DNA of 64,000 bases. It comes from a candidate division TM6 bacterium GW2011_GWF2_28_16 (GTDB lineage Bacteria; Patescibacteriota; Microgenomatia; UBA1400; PJMF01). A model generated the notes under the pieces. That model was given only the letters and a program-made list of their open reading frames with translations, was not told the origin of the DNA and did not search any database. Of this stretch, positions 1-10,000 are shown piece after piece. Position 1 is the first letter of the stretch. Each line of letters begins with the position of its first letter. Where the stretch lies: assembly GCA_001029715.1 (NCBI GenBank), contig CP011212.1, positions 3,407-67,406 of the forward strand, in the 5' to 3' direction. Position numbers and translations under genes: made by a program.

Positions 1-3000
1 CTTATTTTCTGGTTCGATTGGCATTGGCTCAACAACTCCTGATAGAAGACTTGAAATTGTTGACGCCAGCAATCCACAGCTTCGCCTCACTCAAACAGAT
101 GGCTCCATCTATGCTGATTTTCATGTGAACAGTAATGGTGATCTAATCATGAATGTTGATGGAGTTAGCAATCAATTTGTATTAGATAATGGCGGAAATA
201 TTGGTATTGGAATTACTAATCCAGATGAAAAATTGACTGTTGACGGTGCGGTTAACGCCGAAAAATATTATGACTACACCAATAAAAACTACTTTTTGGA
301 TCCTGCTGCAATTTCCACCTCTCTAAAAACTGCCGGTGATGCTCACATCGGTGGCGATGTTTATGTCGAAGGCGGAGAAGTTTTCTTTGCTCCTCTAACC
401 ACCTCTACCTCTACTACAGAAGGCACTGTCTATTATGACAATGATGTTGATCACCTCTATCTCTATGACGGCAATAGTACTTGGCACCGTATCGCCCTGG
501 ATATGACTAAGTATTCAGATTACGGCACTATTTCTAATCAAGATTACATTGAAATTGCTCATAACCAAAACAGTAATGATTTAACCTTTACTGTCTGGAT
601 TAAAAATGCTTTGACGAATTTATGGGAAAAAATTGACCCAACTAGCTCGAGTATTGATCATGATTTAGATAATGAATTTAATCCTGAATATACCCAAAAA
701 GAAAAGGTGTCTTCAGTTTCTTTAAAGTTACAAAATGATTCTTTAGGCACCGGTGCTGATGGAGCTATTACCGTTTCTACCAGTAGAAGTATTAATAGTT
801 ACAACTCTATCTCTGGAAGAACCTGTGCTGATGGTGGTGACGGCGTCAACTATTCTGTCACAGGGTTGACTAGCACAACAGCTACTCTTGAAGCTGCCCC
901 TTCTACTGGATGCTTGGCTGTAGGAGATGAGGTGTTACTCATTAATTTGAGAGGTACTCCTAGTGCTTATGGAAATGTTGGTAATTACGAAACATTAAGA
1001 ATTGAAAGTATTAGTACTAATACTATTACTTTCACAACGGCTAAGACTAAATATTATGGCGACAATCCAACAGATGATACTAATATTGGTATTGGCACCG
1101 GAGCTCAAGATGTCATGCTACAAAGAGTGCCAAATTATACAGACGTAACAGTAAACGCTACTTACAGTTTCTATCCAGATGAATGGGTTAGACCATCAGG
1201 TAGTGCTGAAAGTGGAACTGGTGGAGCTGGTGAAGGTGGTGTTATGTTTTTTAGAGCTACTGGAGCTGTCACAGTCAATGGCACAATCACTTCTTTAGGC
1301 AGAGGCTACATTGCCGGTACTTATGCTGGAGACAATACTCAACAATATCAAGGTGATTCCACAACTGGTGTTGGTGGACTAGCCACAGCATTTTTGGCAG
1401 AAGGTGGTGGTGGTGGTGCTTATCGTTATTGTGCAGGAGGAGGTGGAGGTGGTTATGCCACTGCTGGCTCTGCTGGTATAAAAGCTGGAACTTCATGCAT
1501 CACTGTAGGTACTGGTGGTCCTGCTTATCCAACTGCTGGCAACTCAACTTTAGATAAATTGTATTTTGGTTCTGCTGGTGGTGCGGGTGGAACTGGATAT
1601 TTATCTACATGGACATATGATGGTACTAGAGGTGGAGATGGAGGTGGAGTAATTTATATAACAGCAGACACTATTTCTGTATCTGGTTCTGTAAGTGCTA
1701 CTGGACAGGCTGGCACTAACGTAGCTGATTTAGGTGGATCAGATATTACTCCAGGAGCTGGTGGTGGTGGTGCTGGAGGATCATTAAAAATTGTAGGAGA
1801 TACTCTTAATCTAGGTACCAATTTAGTTACTGCTGGTGGTGGTGCTGGAGGTACTACTGGTTATTCAAATTACGGAGGTGGCTATGTTGACTTGGGTGGC
1901 TATGCTCATGGTGGTGCTGGAGGAAGTGGTGTAGTGGCCACTTATTATGCTGAAACTATTAGTGGAAGTACTTCACCAACTTATACCATAGATACGGCAA
2001 CTGGTGGATATAACAGTTATAAAACTTATATTAGTAAAGAACTAGCTACTACGGGCGCCACTTCTTTTGGCAATCTTGAATGGACGGAAAATTTACCAAG
2101 CGGTACAGAAATTCAAATGCAAACTAGAAGTGGCAACACTAGCAACAGCACTGATGGCACTTGGGAAGCTTGGCGACCAACAACAACAACTTTATCAATT
2201 AATGACGCCAATACTCATGCCGATTGGGTAGGTACTAATGCTACGGTTGCCGACGGAGATGTAGCTAGAAATATTAATTTTTACGAAGATGAAGACGAAT
2301 CAACAGTTGGAAATACAACTAAATATACTACTAGCGCTGCTAATGGTTATGCCGAACGCACATTAACTAGCACCAATTTGTCTTCATATCAATATGTAAC
2401 ACTTTGGCTGCGCTCTGCCACAGCAGGATCAGTTATTACTCTGGGCATGGGAGAAAGTGTCGCGACAGAACAAACAAAAACTATCAAAATTGAAACAGCC
2501 GACGTCTGGCAGAAAGTTTATTGGGATATTTCTGGTATTACTGGCACTGCTCGTGATGCAATCACTAAATTTAGAATTACAAGCAGTATTAACAGCAATG
2601 TGGTTTATTTAGACAATATTAAAGCTGAGACTTATCTAAGTACTTCTACAGGTTCTACTATTACTAGTACTGCTAACAGCTATATTCAATATCGAGCTAT
2701 TATGACAACTACGAGTGCTAGCACAACTCCTACTCTAGCTGAAGTGCGAATTAACTATAATGATGGCACCGCAAAAATAATTAATGATAAGCTTTCCAAC
2801 CAAAATGACACTGATTATTATGATCAGTCTTCGCGTCTTAACATTACAACCATAAATTTGGATGATTCCAAAAGTTTAGATATCCAAAAAACAGAAACGG
2901 GCATTACAACAAAAGGAGCTATTGATCCAGGAACAGGCAATGATGGAGACATAGTAATTAGTACTAATAGAAATATAAACACCTATAATTCGATTGTCGA

Positions 3001-6000
3001 TCGCACTTGTATTGATGGAGGTGATGCTGTTAATTATTCAGTAACAGCTCTTACATCGAGAGCTGCTACTCTGCCAACAGCTCCCAACACTGGGTGCTTG
3101 GCTGCAGGAGATGAAGTACTACTCATTAATTTAAAAGGAAACATCACCTCTACTATAAATGTTGGTAATTACGAAACATTAAGAGTAGAAAGTATCAGTG
3201 ACAATGTTGTTCATTTTACCACCGCCAAAACTAAATATTATGGCGATAATTCAACAGATGATACTAATATTGGCACTGACTCTGGAAATCAAAATGTTAT
3301 GTTGCAAAGAGTACCAAATTATAATTCATTGGTAGTAGACGCTGGTATTACCTTTTCTCCTTCTGATTTTAATGGTCTAAAAAATGGAGTAATGTTTTTC
3401 AGAAGCAAAATTACTTCAATTAATGGCAGTGTCACTGCAAAAGGCGCTGGTTATAATAGAGGTACTTATGCTGGAGACCAACAACAACAATACCAGGGTG
3501 ATTCTACAACTGGCGTTGGTGGACTAGCCACAGCATTTTTAGCAGAAGGTGGTGGAGGTGGAGCCTATCGTCAATGTGCTGGTGGAGGTGGAGGTGGCTA
3601 TGCCACTGCTGGTTCTAATGGTGTAAGAGCTGGAACTTCATGCAACACTGTAGGTACTGGTGGTCCTGCTTATCCAACTTATGGAAATCCCACTTTAGAC
3701 AAGCTCTATTTTGGTTCTGCTGGTGGTGCTGGTGGAACTGGATATTTAAGCCCCAATGGTTGGATTTATGATGGTGGTGCTGGAGGTGATGGCGGAGGCA
3801 TTGTTTATATAGCCTCTGGCTCAGTTGTAGTATCAGGATCGCTTAGGGCTGATGGCGATGCTGGCACTTCAATCAGCGACATTGGCGGCACAGATATTAC
3901 TCCAGGTGCTGGTGGTGGTGGTGCTGGAGGATCATTAAAAATTGAAGCTCAAACTGTAAACTTAGGAACAAACTCAACTCTTGCCAGTGGAGGTGGTGGA
4001 GGCTCTACTGGTTATTCAAATTACGGAGATACCTATGCTAACGAAGGTGGCTATGCTTATGGTGGTGCTGGAGGCGACGGTATCATAGCTGTTACTTATG
4101 GGTCATCTATTTCAGGTTCTTCCACTCCTACTTATAATGTTGCTCAAGTACCTGCTTATACTTCTTCAATATTTGTCTCTGATGAAATAGCTACTCCAGA
4201 TTCTGTATCTTACAATAAAATATCTTGGCTAGCTGACGAAACTGCGCATGGCACTGTAGAAGTTCAAACCAGATCAGGAGCAACCAGTAACAGTACGGAT
4301 GGATCTTGGGAAGAATGGAAGCCTGCAACAAGCAGTGCTACTATCCTAGATTCTACAGATGTTCACACCAATTGGACTCCTTCCGACGCTACCATTACTG
4401 TTGCCGATGGCGATGTTGCTAGAAATGTAAATTACTACGAGGATGAAGATGAAGTTGTGGTTGAAAACACCACCAAACTTACTACAACTAGCAACAATGG
4501 TGCTTATGCTGAAAGCAGAATTGCCCAAGCAGATTTGTCTGAAAAAAGCTTCATTACTATCTGGGTTTATGCTTCCAGTTCTGGTGCCACAGTAAAAATT
4601 GGTTTTGGCGAAAATACTTCCTCAGAGCACGAGACTCTCGTTAAAATTGATGCTATTGATATTTGGCAAAAAGTTTACTGGGATATTAGTCATATTCCTG
4701 CTCAAGAACGCGATGCTGTTAGACTTTTGAAGGTTGGAACAGCAACGACAAACAACACCATTAGATTTGATCAATTTGCTGCTCAAAGATTTGGAAATGA
4801 TTCATCTGGCACTAATGTAGCCTCAAGACCAAATCAGTATTTTCAATATCGTGTCATCATGGGTAGCTCAGATCCTGCATATAGACCAGTTTTATATAAC
4901 ATTGGTATGGAATGGAACAACGGTTACAAAGTCGAGCAAACCGATAGCAACACTGTTCGTCTATACAATTACACTGGTGAGGAACAAGAGATGCGTCTTG
5001 ATGTAATTGTTTTTGGTGCTGACTTGGCTGAGTGGTATACCGTAGATGATGAGAGTATTGGCCCTGCTGATCTCGTTTCTATTACTGGCGACATGGATGA
5101 ATATGGGGTACCAATCATACAAAAATCCAGCAAATCAAACGATCCAATGCTTGTCGGTGTAATCTCTACTCAAGCTGGCACAGAATTAGGTCTTGAGGCA
5201 GACAATCGTCGCTTACTCGCCCTTGATGGGCGTGTGCCGATCAAAATTGATCCTAATAGTGATGCTATAGAAAAAGGTGATCATCTAACCTCCTCTGGAA
5301 CTCCAGGTTTAGCCCGCAAAGCTAGGCCAGGAGAACTCAGCATTGGTCGCTCCTTTGAAGCTTGGAGCCCTGACTCAGGAAAAGATCGCGTTATGGCCAT
5401 CGTCAATGACGCTATGGCTACCCCATCCTTTGGTCAACAATTGGTAGATGGCGTGGTAGAAATTGCTGATCTTCTTAATCTCAATATTCAAGATACTTGG
5501 GACGTCGTTAATTATGGGACCGGCGAAAGTATTAAGTCTGCTGCTGCTTTGGCTCAAGCCATTATTGGCAAACTTAAAGTTGGTCAGATGGAAGTTTCAG
5601 AGATCAAAGCTCCAGAAGATGGGAAGATTAGTCTTGAAGGAAATAATATCTCATTCCAACTCAATGATTCTGAGGCCTCTGGCAGTAGCGCCCTGGGTAA
5701 ATTAATTATCCAAAATGAGGATGGTGAGACAGTGGCCAGCTTCGATAGTGAAGGAAATGCCTCAATTAGCGGGCAATTAGATGTGGCTGGAATTAGTCGC
5801 CTTGGAAAACTTATTGCTGAGGAAGCCTCTTTCACTTCGATAATTTCACAAACAGCCTCTATATCCGGAGAGTTAATTGCCGGAAGTATCCAGGGAGACT
5901 CAGCCAGACTCGACTATATTGAATCAAAGCTTGCTAACTTAGAGACCGCTAGCGTTAGTGGCACTCTTTATGCAAATAATATTGAAACAGGAAGCATCCA

Positions 6001-7009
6001 AGCTGGCGTCATCAGCGGTCTTGAAGAAAGGCTAAGTAGCAAAATAGCTGAAACCCTGGGTCAACCAAGTCTGCTTGCCACCCTATTTGGGGAACAGCAA
6101 CAGCAAACCGACGAGTACCTAAGACAACTTCAGGAAGAAATTAATAATATTTCCTCAGCAAGTGCCACTTTAGAAGAGATTGATAATGAGAACACTGAAG
6201 ATATAGCTCTCATCGCAGACAATGCTTTCATCAATCAATATTTTGAAGTTAATGGTAGCGCCTATATTAAAAATTCACTCAAACTTGGCGAAAGCCTGAT
6301 GGTTGGAGGTGGCACTGTTATTGGAGATGGCTTTATTAGCTATCAACCAGAAATGGCTGAAGATGAGAACTTCACCTTCTCCATCCAACCAACTGGTATG
6401 GGCAAACTTTCTTTAATGGCTGGCTTAATGCAATTAGATAATCAAGGGCTTGTCACCATAAATGGCGACCTCAAAGTAGCTGGCGTTCTAGAAGTTGCTG
6501 ATGATCTCAAGGTTAACGATACTTTACTTACTAATTTAATTAGTCCAAATAATCCTGGTGAGAATATTCAAGTTAAATTAGCCTCGAATGAATTAAGTGG
6601 TGAAGATTTATCAATACAAAAAAGTAACTTTGAATTCATAAATGAAAACGACACTCCAGTCGCATCATTCTCTTCTGCTGGTGATTTGGCTCTCGTTGGA
6701 TCTCTCAGGCTTGGACAAAACATCGAAATTGCCAGTGATTCTGGTGAATTGGTTAGTAACCGCAGTGCCGGGCAGGCTACTCTAATAGCCGGCACCACTG
6801 AAATAACCATTGCGAGTGACAAAATTGAGGAAAATAGCATGATTTATGTCACCCCAATGAACTCCACTAACAATCAGGTCCTTTATGTAAAAAACAAGAT
6901 CACAGATAGTCCTTTTACCCCTGAAAATGAGGCTCAATTCACTGTCGCCATTGACTACGTTTTGGGGCATAATGTAACTTTCAACTGGTGGATTGTTCAG
7001 CTAAATTAA
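1..7009 (+). CDS. Giant secreted/surface repeat protein, 5'-partial (ORF open at window start; >2,300 aa in window)
   Basis: The frame containing nt 125 is open from nt 2 with no stop. The upstream residues (GSIGIGSTTPDRRLEIVDAS) repeat the in-window NIGIGxTNPxxKLxV motif, so the gene starts left of the window. It has Gly-rich segments (GGGGGAYRYCAGGGGGGYATAGSAG) and a roughly 2.1-kb internal tandem duplication. Recurring modules include TRSGxTSNSTDGxWExW, ADGDVARNxNxYEDEDE and QYRxI, and the C-terminus is fibre-like. Confidence 0.8.
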   Translation, partial: LFSGSIGIGSTTPDRRLEIVDASNPQLRLTQTDGSIYADFHVNSNGDLIMNVDGVSNQFVLDNGGNIGIGITNPDEKLTVDGAVNAEKYYDYTNKNYFLDPAAISTSLKTAGDAHIGGDVYVEGGEVFFAPLTTSTSTTEGTVYYDNDVDHLYLYDGNSTWHRIALDMTKYSDYGTISNQDYIEIAHNQNSNDLTFTVWIKNALTNLWEKIDPTSSSIDHDLDNEFNPEYTQKEKVSSVSLKLQNDSLGTGADGAITVSTSRSINSYNSISGRTCADGGDGVNYSVTGLTSTTATLEAAPSTGCLAVGDEVLLINLRGTPSAYGNVGNYETLRIESISTNTITFTTAKTKYYGDNPTDDTNIGIGTGAQDVMLQRVPNYTDVTVNATYSFYPDEWVRPSGSAESGTGGAGEGGVMFFRATGAVTVNGTITSLGRGYIAGTYAGDNTQQYQGDSTTGVGGLATAFLAEGGGGGAYRYCAGGGGGGYATAGSAGIKAGTSCITVGTGGPAYPTAGNSTLDKLYFGSAGGAGGTGYLSTWTYDGTRGGDGGGVIYITADTISVSGSVSATGQAGTNVADLGGSDITPGAGGGGAGGSLKIVGDTLNLGTNLVTAGGGAGGTTGYSNYGGGYVDLGGYAHGGAGGSGVVATYYAETISGSTSPTYTIDTATGGYNSYKTYISKELATTGATSFGNLEWTENLPSGTEIQMQTRSGNTSNSTDGTWEAWRPTTTTLSINDANTHADWVGTNATVADGDVARNINFYEDEDESTVGNTTKYTTSAANGYAERTLTSTNLSSYQYVTLWLRSATAGSVITLGMGESVATEQTKTIKIETADVWQKVYWDISGITGTARDAITKFRITSSINSNVVYLDNIKAETYLSTSTGSTITSTANSYIQYRAIMTTTSASTTPTLAEVRINYNDGTAKIINDKLSNQNDTDYYDQSSRLNITTINLDDSKSLDIQKTETGITTKGAIDPGTGNDGDIVISTNRNINTYNSIVDRTCIDGGDAVNYSVTALTSRAATLPTAPNTGCLAAGDEVLLINLKGNITSTINVGNYETLRVESISDNVVHFTTAKTKYYGDNSTDDTNIGTDSGNQNVMLQRVPNYNSLVVDAGITFSPSDFNGLKNGVMFFRSKITSINGSVTAKGAGYNRGTYAGDQQQQYQGDSTTGVGGLATAFLAEGGGGGAYRQCAGGGGGGYATAGSNGVRAGTSCNTVGTGGPAYPTYGNPTLDKLYFGSAGGAGGTGYLSPNGWIYDGGAGGDGGGIVYIASGSVVVSGSLRADGDAGTSISDIGGTDITPGAGGGGAGGSLKIEAQTVNLGTNSTLASGGGGGSTGYSNYGDTYANEGGYAYGGAGGDGIIAVTYGSSISGSSTPTYNVAQVPAYTSSIFVSDEIATPDSVSYNKISWLADETAHGTVEVQTRSGATSNSTDGSWEEWKPATSSATILDSTDVHTNWTPSDATITVADGDVARNVNYYEDEDEVVVENTTKLTTTSNNGAYAESRIAQADLSEKSFITIWVYASSSGATVKIGFGENTSSEHETLVKIDAIDIWQKVYWDISHIPAQERDAVRLLKVGTATTNNTIRFDQFAAQRFGNDSSGTNVASRPNQYFQYRVIMGSSDPAYRPVLYNIGMEWNNGYKVEQTDSNTVRLYNYTGEEQEMRLDVIVFGADLAEWYTVDDESIGPADLVSITGDMDEYGVPIIQKSSKSNDPMLVGVISTQAGTELGLEADNRRLLALDGRVPIKIDPNSDAIEKGDHLTSSGTPGLARKARPGELSIGRSFEAWSPDSGKDRVMAIVNDAMATPSFGQQLVDGVVEIADLLNLNIQDTWDVVNYGTGESIKSAAALAQAIIGKLKVGQMEVSEIKAPEDGKISLEGNNISFQLNDSEASGSSALGKLIIQNEDGETVASFDSEGNASISGQLDVAGISRLGKLIAEEASFTSIISQTASISGELIAGSIQGDSARLDYIESKLANLETASVSGTLYANNIETGSIQAGVISGLEERLSSKIAETLGQPSLLATLFGEQQQQTDEYLRQLQEEINNISSASATLEEIDNENTEDIALIADNAFINQYFEVNGSAYIKNSLKLGESLMVGGGTVIGDGFISYQPEMAEDENFTFSIQPTGMGKLSLMAGLMQLDNQGLVTINGDLKVAGVLEVADDLKVNDTLLTNLISPNNPGENIQVKLASNELSGEDLSIQKSNFEFINENDTPVASFSSAGDLALVGSLRLGQNIEIASDSGELVSNRSAGQATLIAGTTEITIASDKIEENSMIYVTPMNSTNNQVLYVKNKITDSPFTPENEAQFTVAIDYVLGHNVTFNWWIVQLN
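766..4920 (+). repeat. Intragenic tandem duplication, two units of about 2.1 kb (approx 766-2760 and 2950-4920)
   Basis: Long stretches are near-identical at DNA level with a 2,146-nt offset. Examples: 1348-1610 against 3494-3755, and gatattactccaggagctggtggtggtggtgctggaggatcattaaaaattg at about 1743 against about 3895. The protein modules repeat in the same order. Confidence 0.8.
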
Positions 7010-7017
7010 AATTAAAA

Positions 7018-10000
7018 ATGCTTAAAATATTTAAAAAAATAAAACACCAGCTCCACAGATTTGCTATTAGATTTAAGAGAAAAATCCTCTTTATTAATTG
7101 GAATAAGTTCAAATTACCTGGTCTAATTTTATTAGGTTTTTTGATTTTGCTTGGTCTATTCTTCTGGGCTCGCCAGCTTCCTCCCAGAGCTCCAAATTTT
7201 AAAAAAAGTGAAGCTAGCAGCTACTCTTTTGAGGCAAAAAACAAAGTTTTTCAGGCTAAATTTGGCATCAGAGAACAACAGCCAATGGTGACTTTCAACG
7301 TCGATGGAGATAAATCTGTAACTCTGTCATATCAAGGAAACGATAATAGCCAAGCTACTATAGATAGTAAAGGTAAAAACCTTACTTTCAAAGATGTTGA
7401 GCCTAATATGGATATTCAGTACAAAACTTTGGCTAATGGTATTAAGGAAGAAATTGTTCTCCACCAGGCTCGCCAGAAGGAAAATAACGCTAACGTCTTT
7501 CTTTTCAATGGTAATTTTCAAGATGCCTACCCCAAAGAAATCATCAAAGGCATCTCAGGAGTTGGGTTCTACGATGAACAAAATAATTATCTTTTTCACT
7601 TCGAAAAGCCATTTGCCATTGATGCTGCTGGCAATCGTACTGACAACGTCGTCATACAAATTGAGAACAAAAATGACTCGAAAGTGCCAGAAGTTAAAAA
7701 TAGTATCGACGGTGAGACCGCTTACGTGATTCGCTTAACCGTTGACGAAACCTGGCTTAACGATCCAGTACGTACCTATCCTATTATTATCGATCCGACT
7801 ATCGTCCATGATGAATCTAGTGAATTTAGCATAGGTCAGCTAGATAGAGTTAAAGACACTGGCTCTGGCTCTTCACCAAGTTTAGAAAGTTTTTATCAGG
7901 AGCTTGGAGCAGATATTAATACTGCTGGACTTTGGCATTTTAATGAAACTAGTGGTAATGCACTAGACTCCTCTGGAAATTCTAATACTGGTACACCAAC
8001 AGGCACTACAATTGTCGATGGTCTACTCAGTAAAGCCAGATCATTTAGTGGATCTGGACAATATATAACAGTTCCAAACAGCGCATCTCTAAATCCAACT
8101 GACTCGATAACTATCGAAGCTTGGATTTATCTATCCGCCGCAAATACTAATAATGGGTTAGTTTATAAAGGCAGTTTTGCGGGTTCCCAAGGAATATATT
8201 CTTTTGGTTTTTTTAGTGGCTCAAACAATTCTCTTACATTTAGGCTCAATGGCAGCACTGGACTGGGAAATGGTCAAGTTTCTGGAAGCACAAGCTTAGC
8301 ATTAAACACCTGGTATCATGTTGCAGCTGTATATGACAAAAGCCTTAGCCAACAGAAGATATATGTCAATGGAGTTGAAGATGGATCACAACCATATGGA
8401 GTAGCAATCTCAACAGATACCAATAACTTAATAATTGGTGGTTATTATAGTTCTTCCTATTTATTTAACGGCGTAATGGACGAAGTCCGTGTCAGTAACG
8501 TTGCTCGCACTCCAGAAGAAATTCGTCTCAATGCCTCTCGCCGACCATATTCCACGTTTACTTCCAATGCAATTGATCTTACTAGTGTCAACGCTTGGAA
8601 CTCTCTCTCTTGGACTGGCACTGGTTTGGCAACTAGCGATGGAGAAACCCCTGCCTCTTCTACTGGCTTAGTAGCTCAATGGAACTTTAATGAAACTTCA
8701 GGAGTAACAGCTGTTTCTGGTGGAACTTGTGGGACAAGTTGTAATGGAACTTTAACCAATATGACTACTACAAGTCAAGACGCTGCTGCAATGACTGGTT
8801 GGACAGCTAATAACCGTCGTTGGGGCGCGGGGGCTTTGATGTTTGATGGGAGTAATGACTATGTTAATGCAGGCAGTGATTCGTCTATAGACAACATTAC
8901 TTCAAAAACTTTTTGTACTTGGATAAATCTTCGTACTCAAATCGGTTCTGATTCTGCAGGAAGCCACATCATAAATAAGGGAGATCTTTGGTTTATTGCT
9001 ACCGACCCAGCCAATTCAAGAAATATTTATGGACAAAATTTCTCCACAACAAATGGAAGATGGTCGTTTCCATTAATGCAAACTGGACAGTGGAATCATT
9101 TATGTGCTGTCTATGACAGATCTTCCACAAGTAATGACCCAACGATCTACGTTAATGGAGTTGCTCAACCAATAACTGAATATTCTACTCCAGTAGGTTC
9201 AGCAAGTGATGATTCTTCCAACAGCTTATCTCTTGGATCGTCTATTCCAAATGGAAGATGGCTGGCTGGATCTCTAGATGGAGCACAGCTATATAGTCGT
9301 GCCCTAACTGCTTCCGAAGTCTTATCTAACTACAACTCCTCCCGTATTGAACTTCAAACTCGCGTTGGAACCTCCAGCGATCCCAATGATGGCACTTGGG
9401 AAGCATGGAAACCAACTACTGCTGAAGCAATTATCGACAGTCTTGATAATTCTGTTGACCAATGGACCATCGATAGTTATCAAAATAGTTCATCTACTAT
9501 CTCTAAAATCGGTACTATTAATGTAGGTTCAGGAAATGATGGCGCATGTACAGTATCTTCAGGAACTACTACCCTAAGTACGGGCAGCTGTGCAGGTCGA
9601 GGTACCGCCGATGCCGTTAACTTTGCTTCCACCGTGCTTACTGGTGCGGGTGCTACTAGTATTACTGTTTCAACCACCCCAACAGGTCTTACCGCCGGAG
9701 ATGAAGTTTTAATTATCAATCTTCAAGGCACAAGCACTAATTACGATCGTGTTGGACAATATGAAACACATACAATTGCCTCTATTTCCACAAACACTCT
9801 TAATTTTACCGATAGCCCCCTTCAGAATACCTATGACGGAACCACTCAAAAAATTATGGTGCAGAGAGTTCCCAACTACACCAACGTAACTGTCTCATCT
9901 GGAGCTATCCTTACCACAGGAGCTTGGGATGGCACAAAAGGTGGTGTTCTTTTCTTCAGAGCCTCTGGCGCTGTCAGTAATGCCGGAACAATTACCATGA

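Noticed and set aside
1287-1496. Small antisense or alternative-frame ORFs inside giant gene 1 (1287-1496, 4346-4528, 5375-5835, 6568-6970) and inside gene 2 (7327-7729, 8489-8671, 10121-10453, 11048-11431, 12310-12922, 13115-13996, 14720-15022, 15535-15778)
   Set aside because: They are embedded in long ORFs with strong protein-level support. Their low-complexity translations are typical of shadow ORFs in repeat-rich coding DNA.
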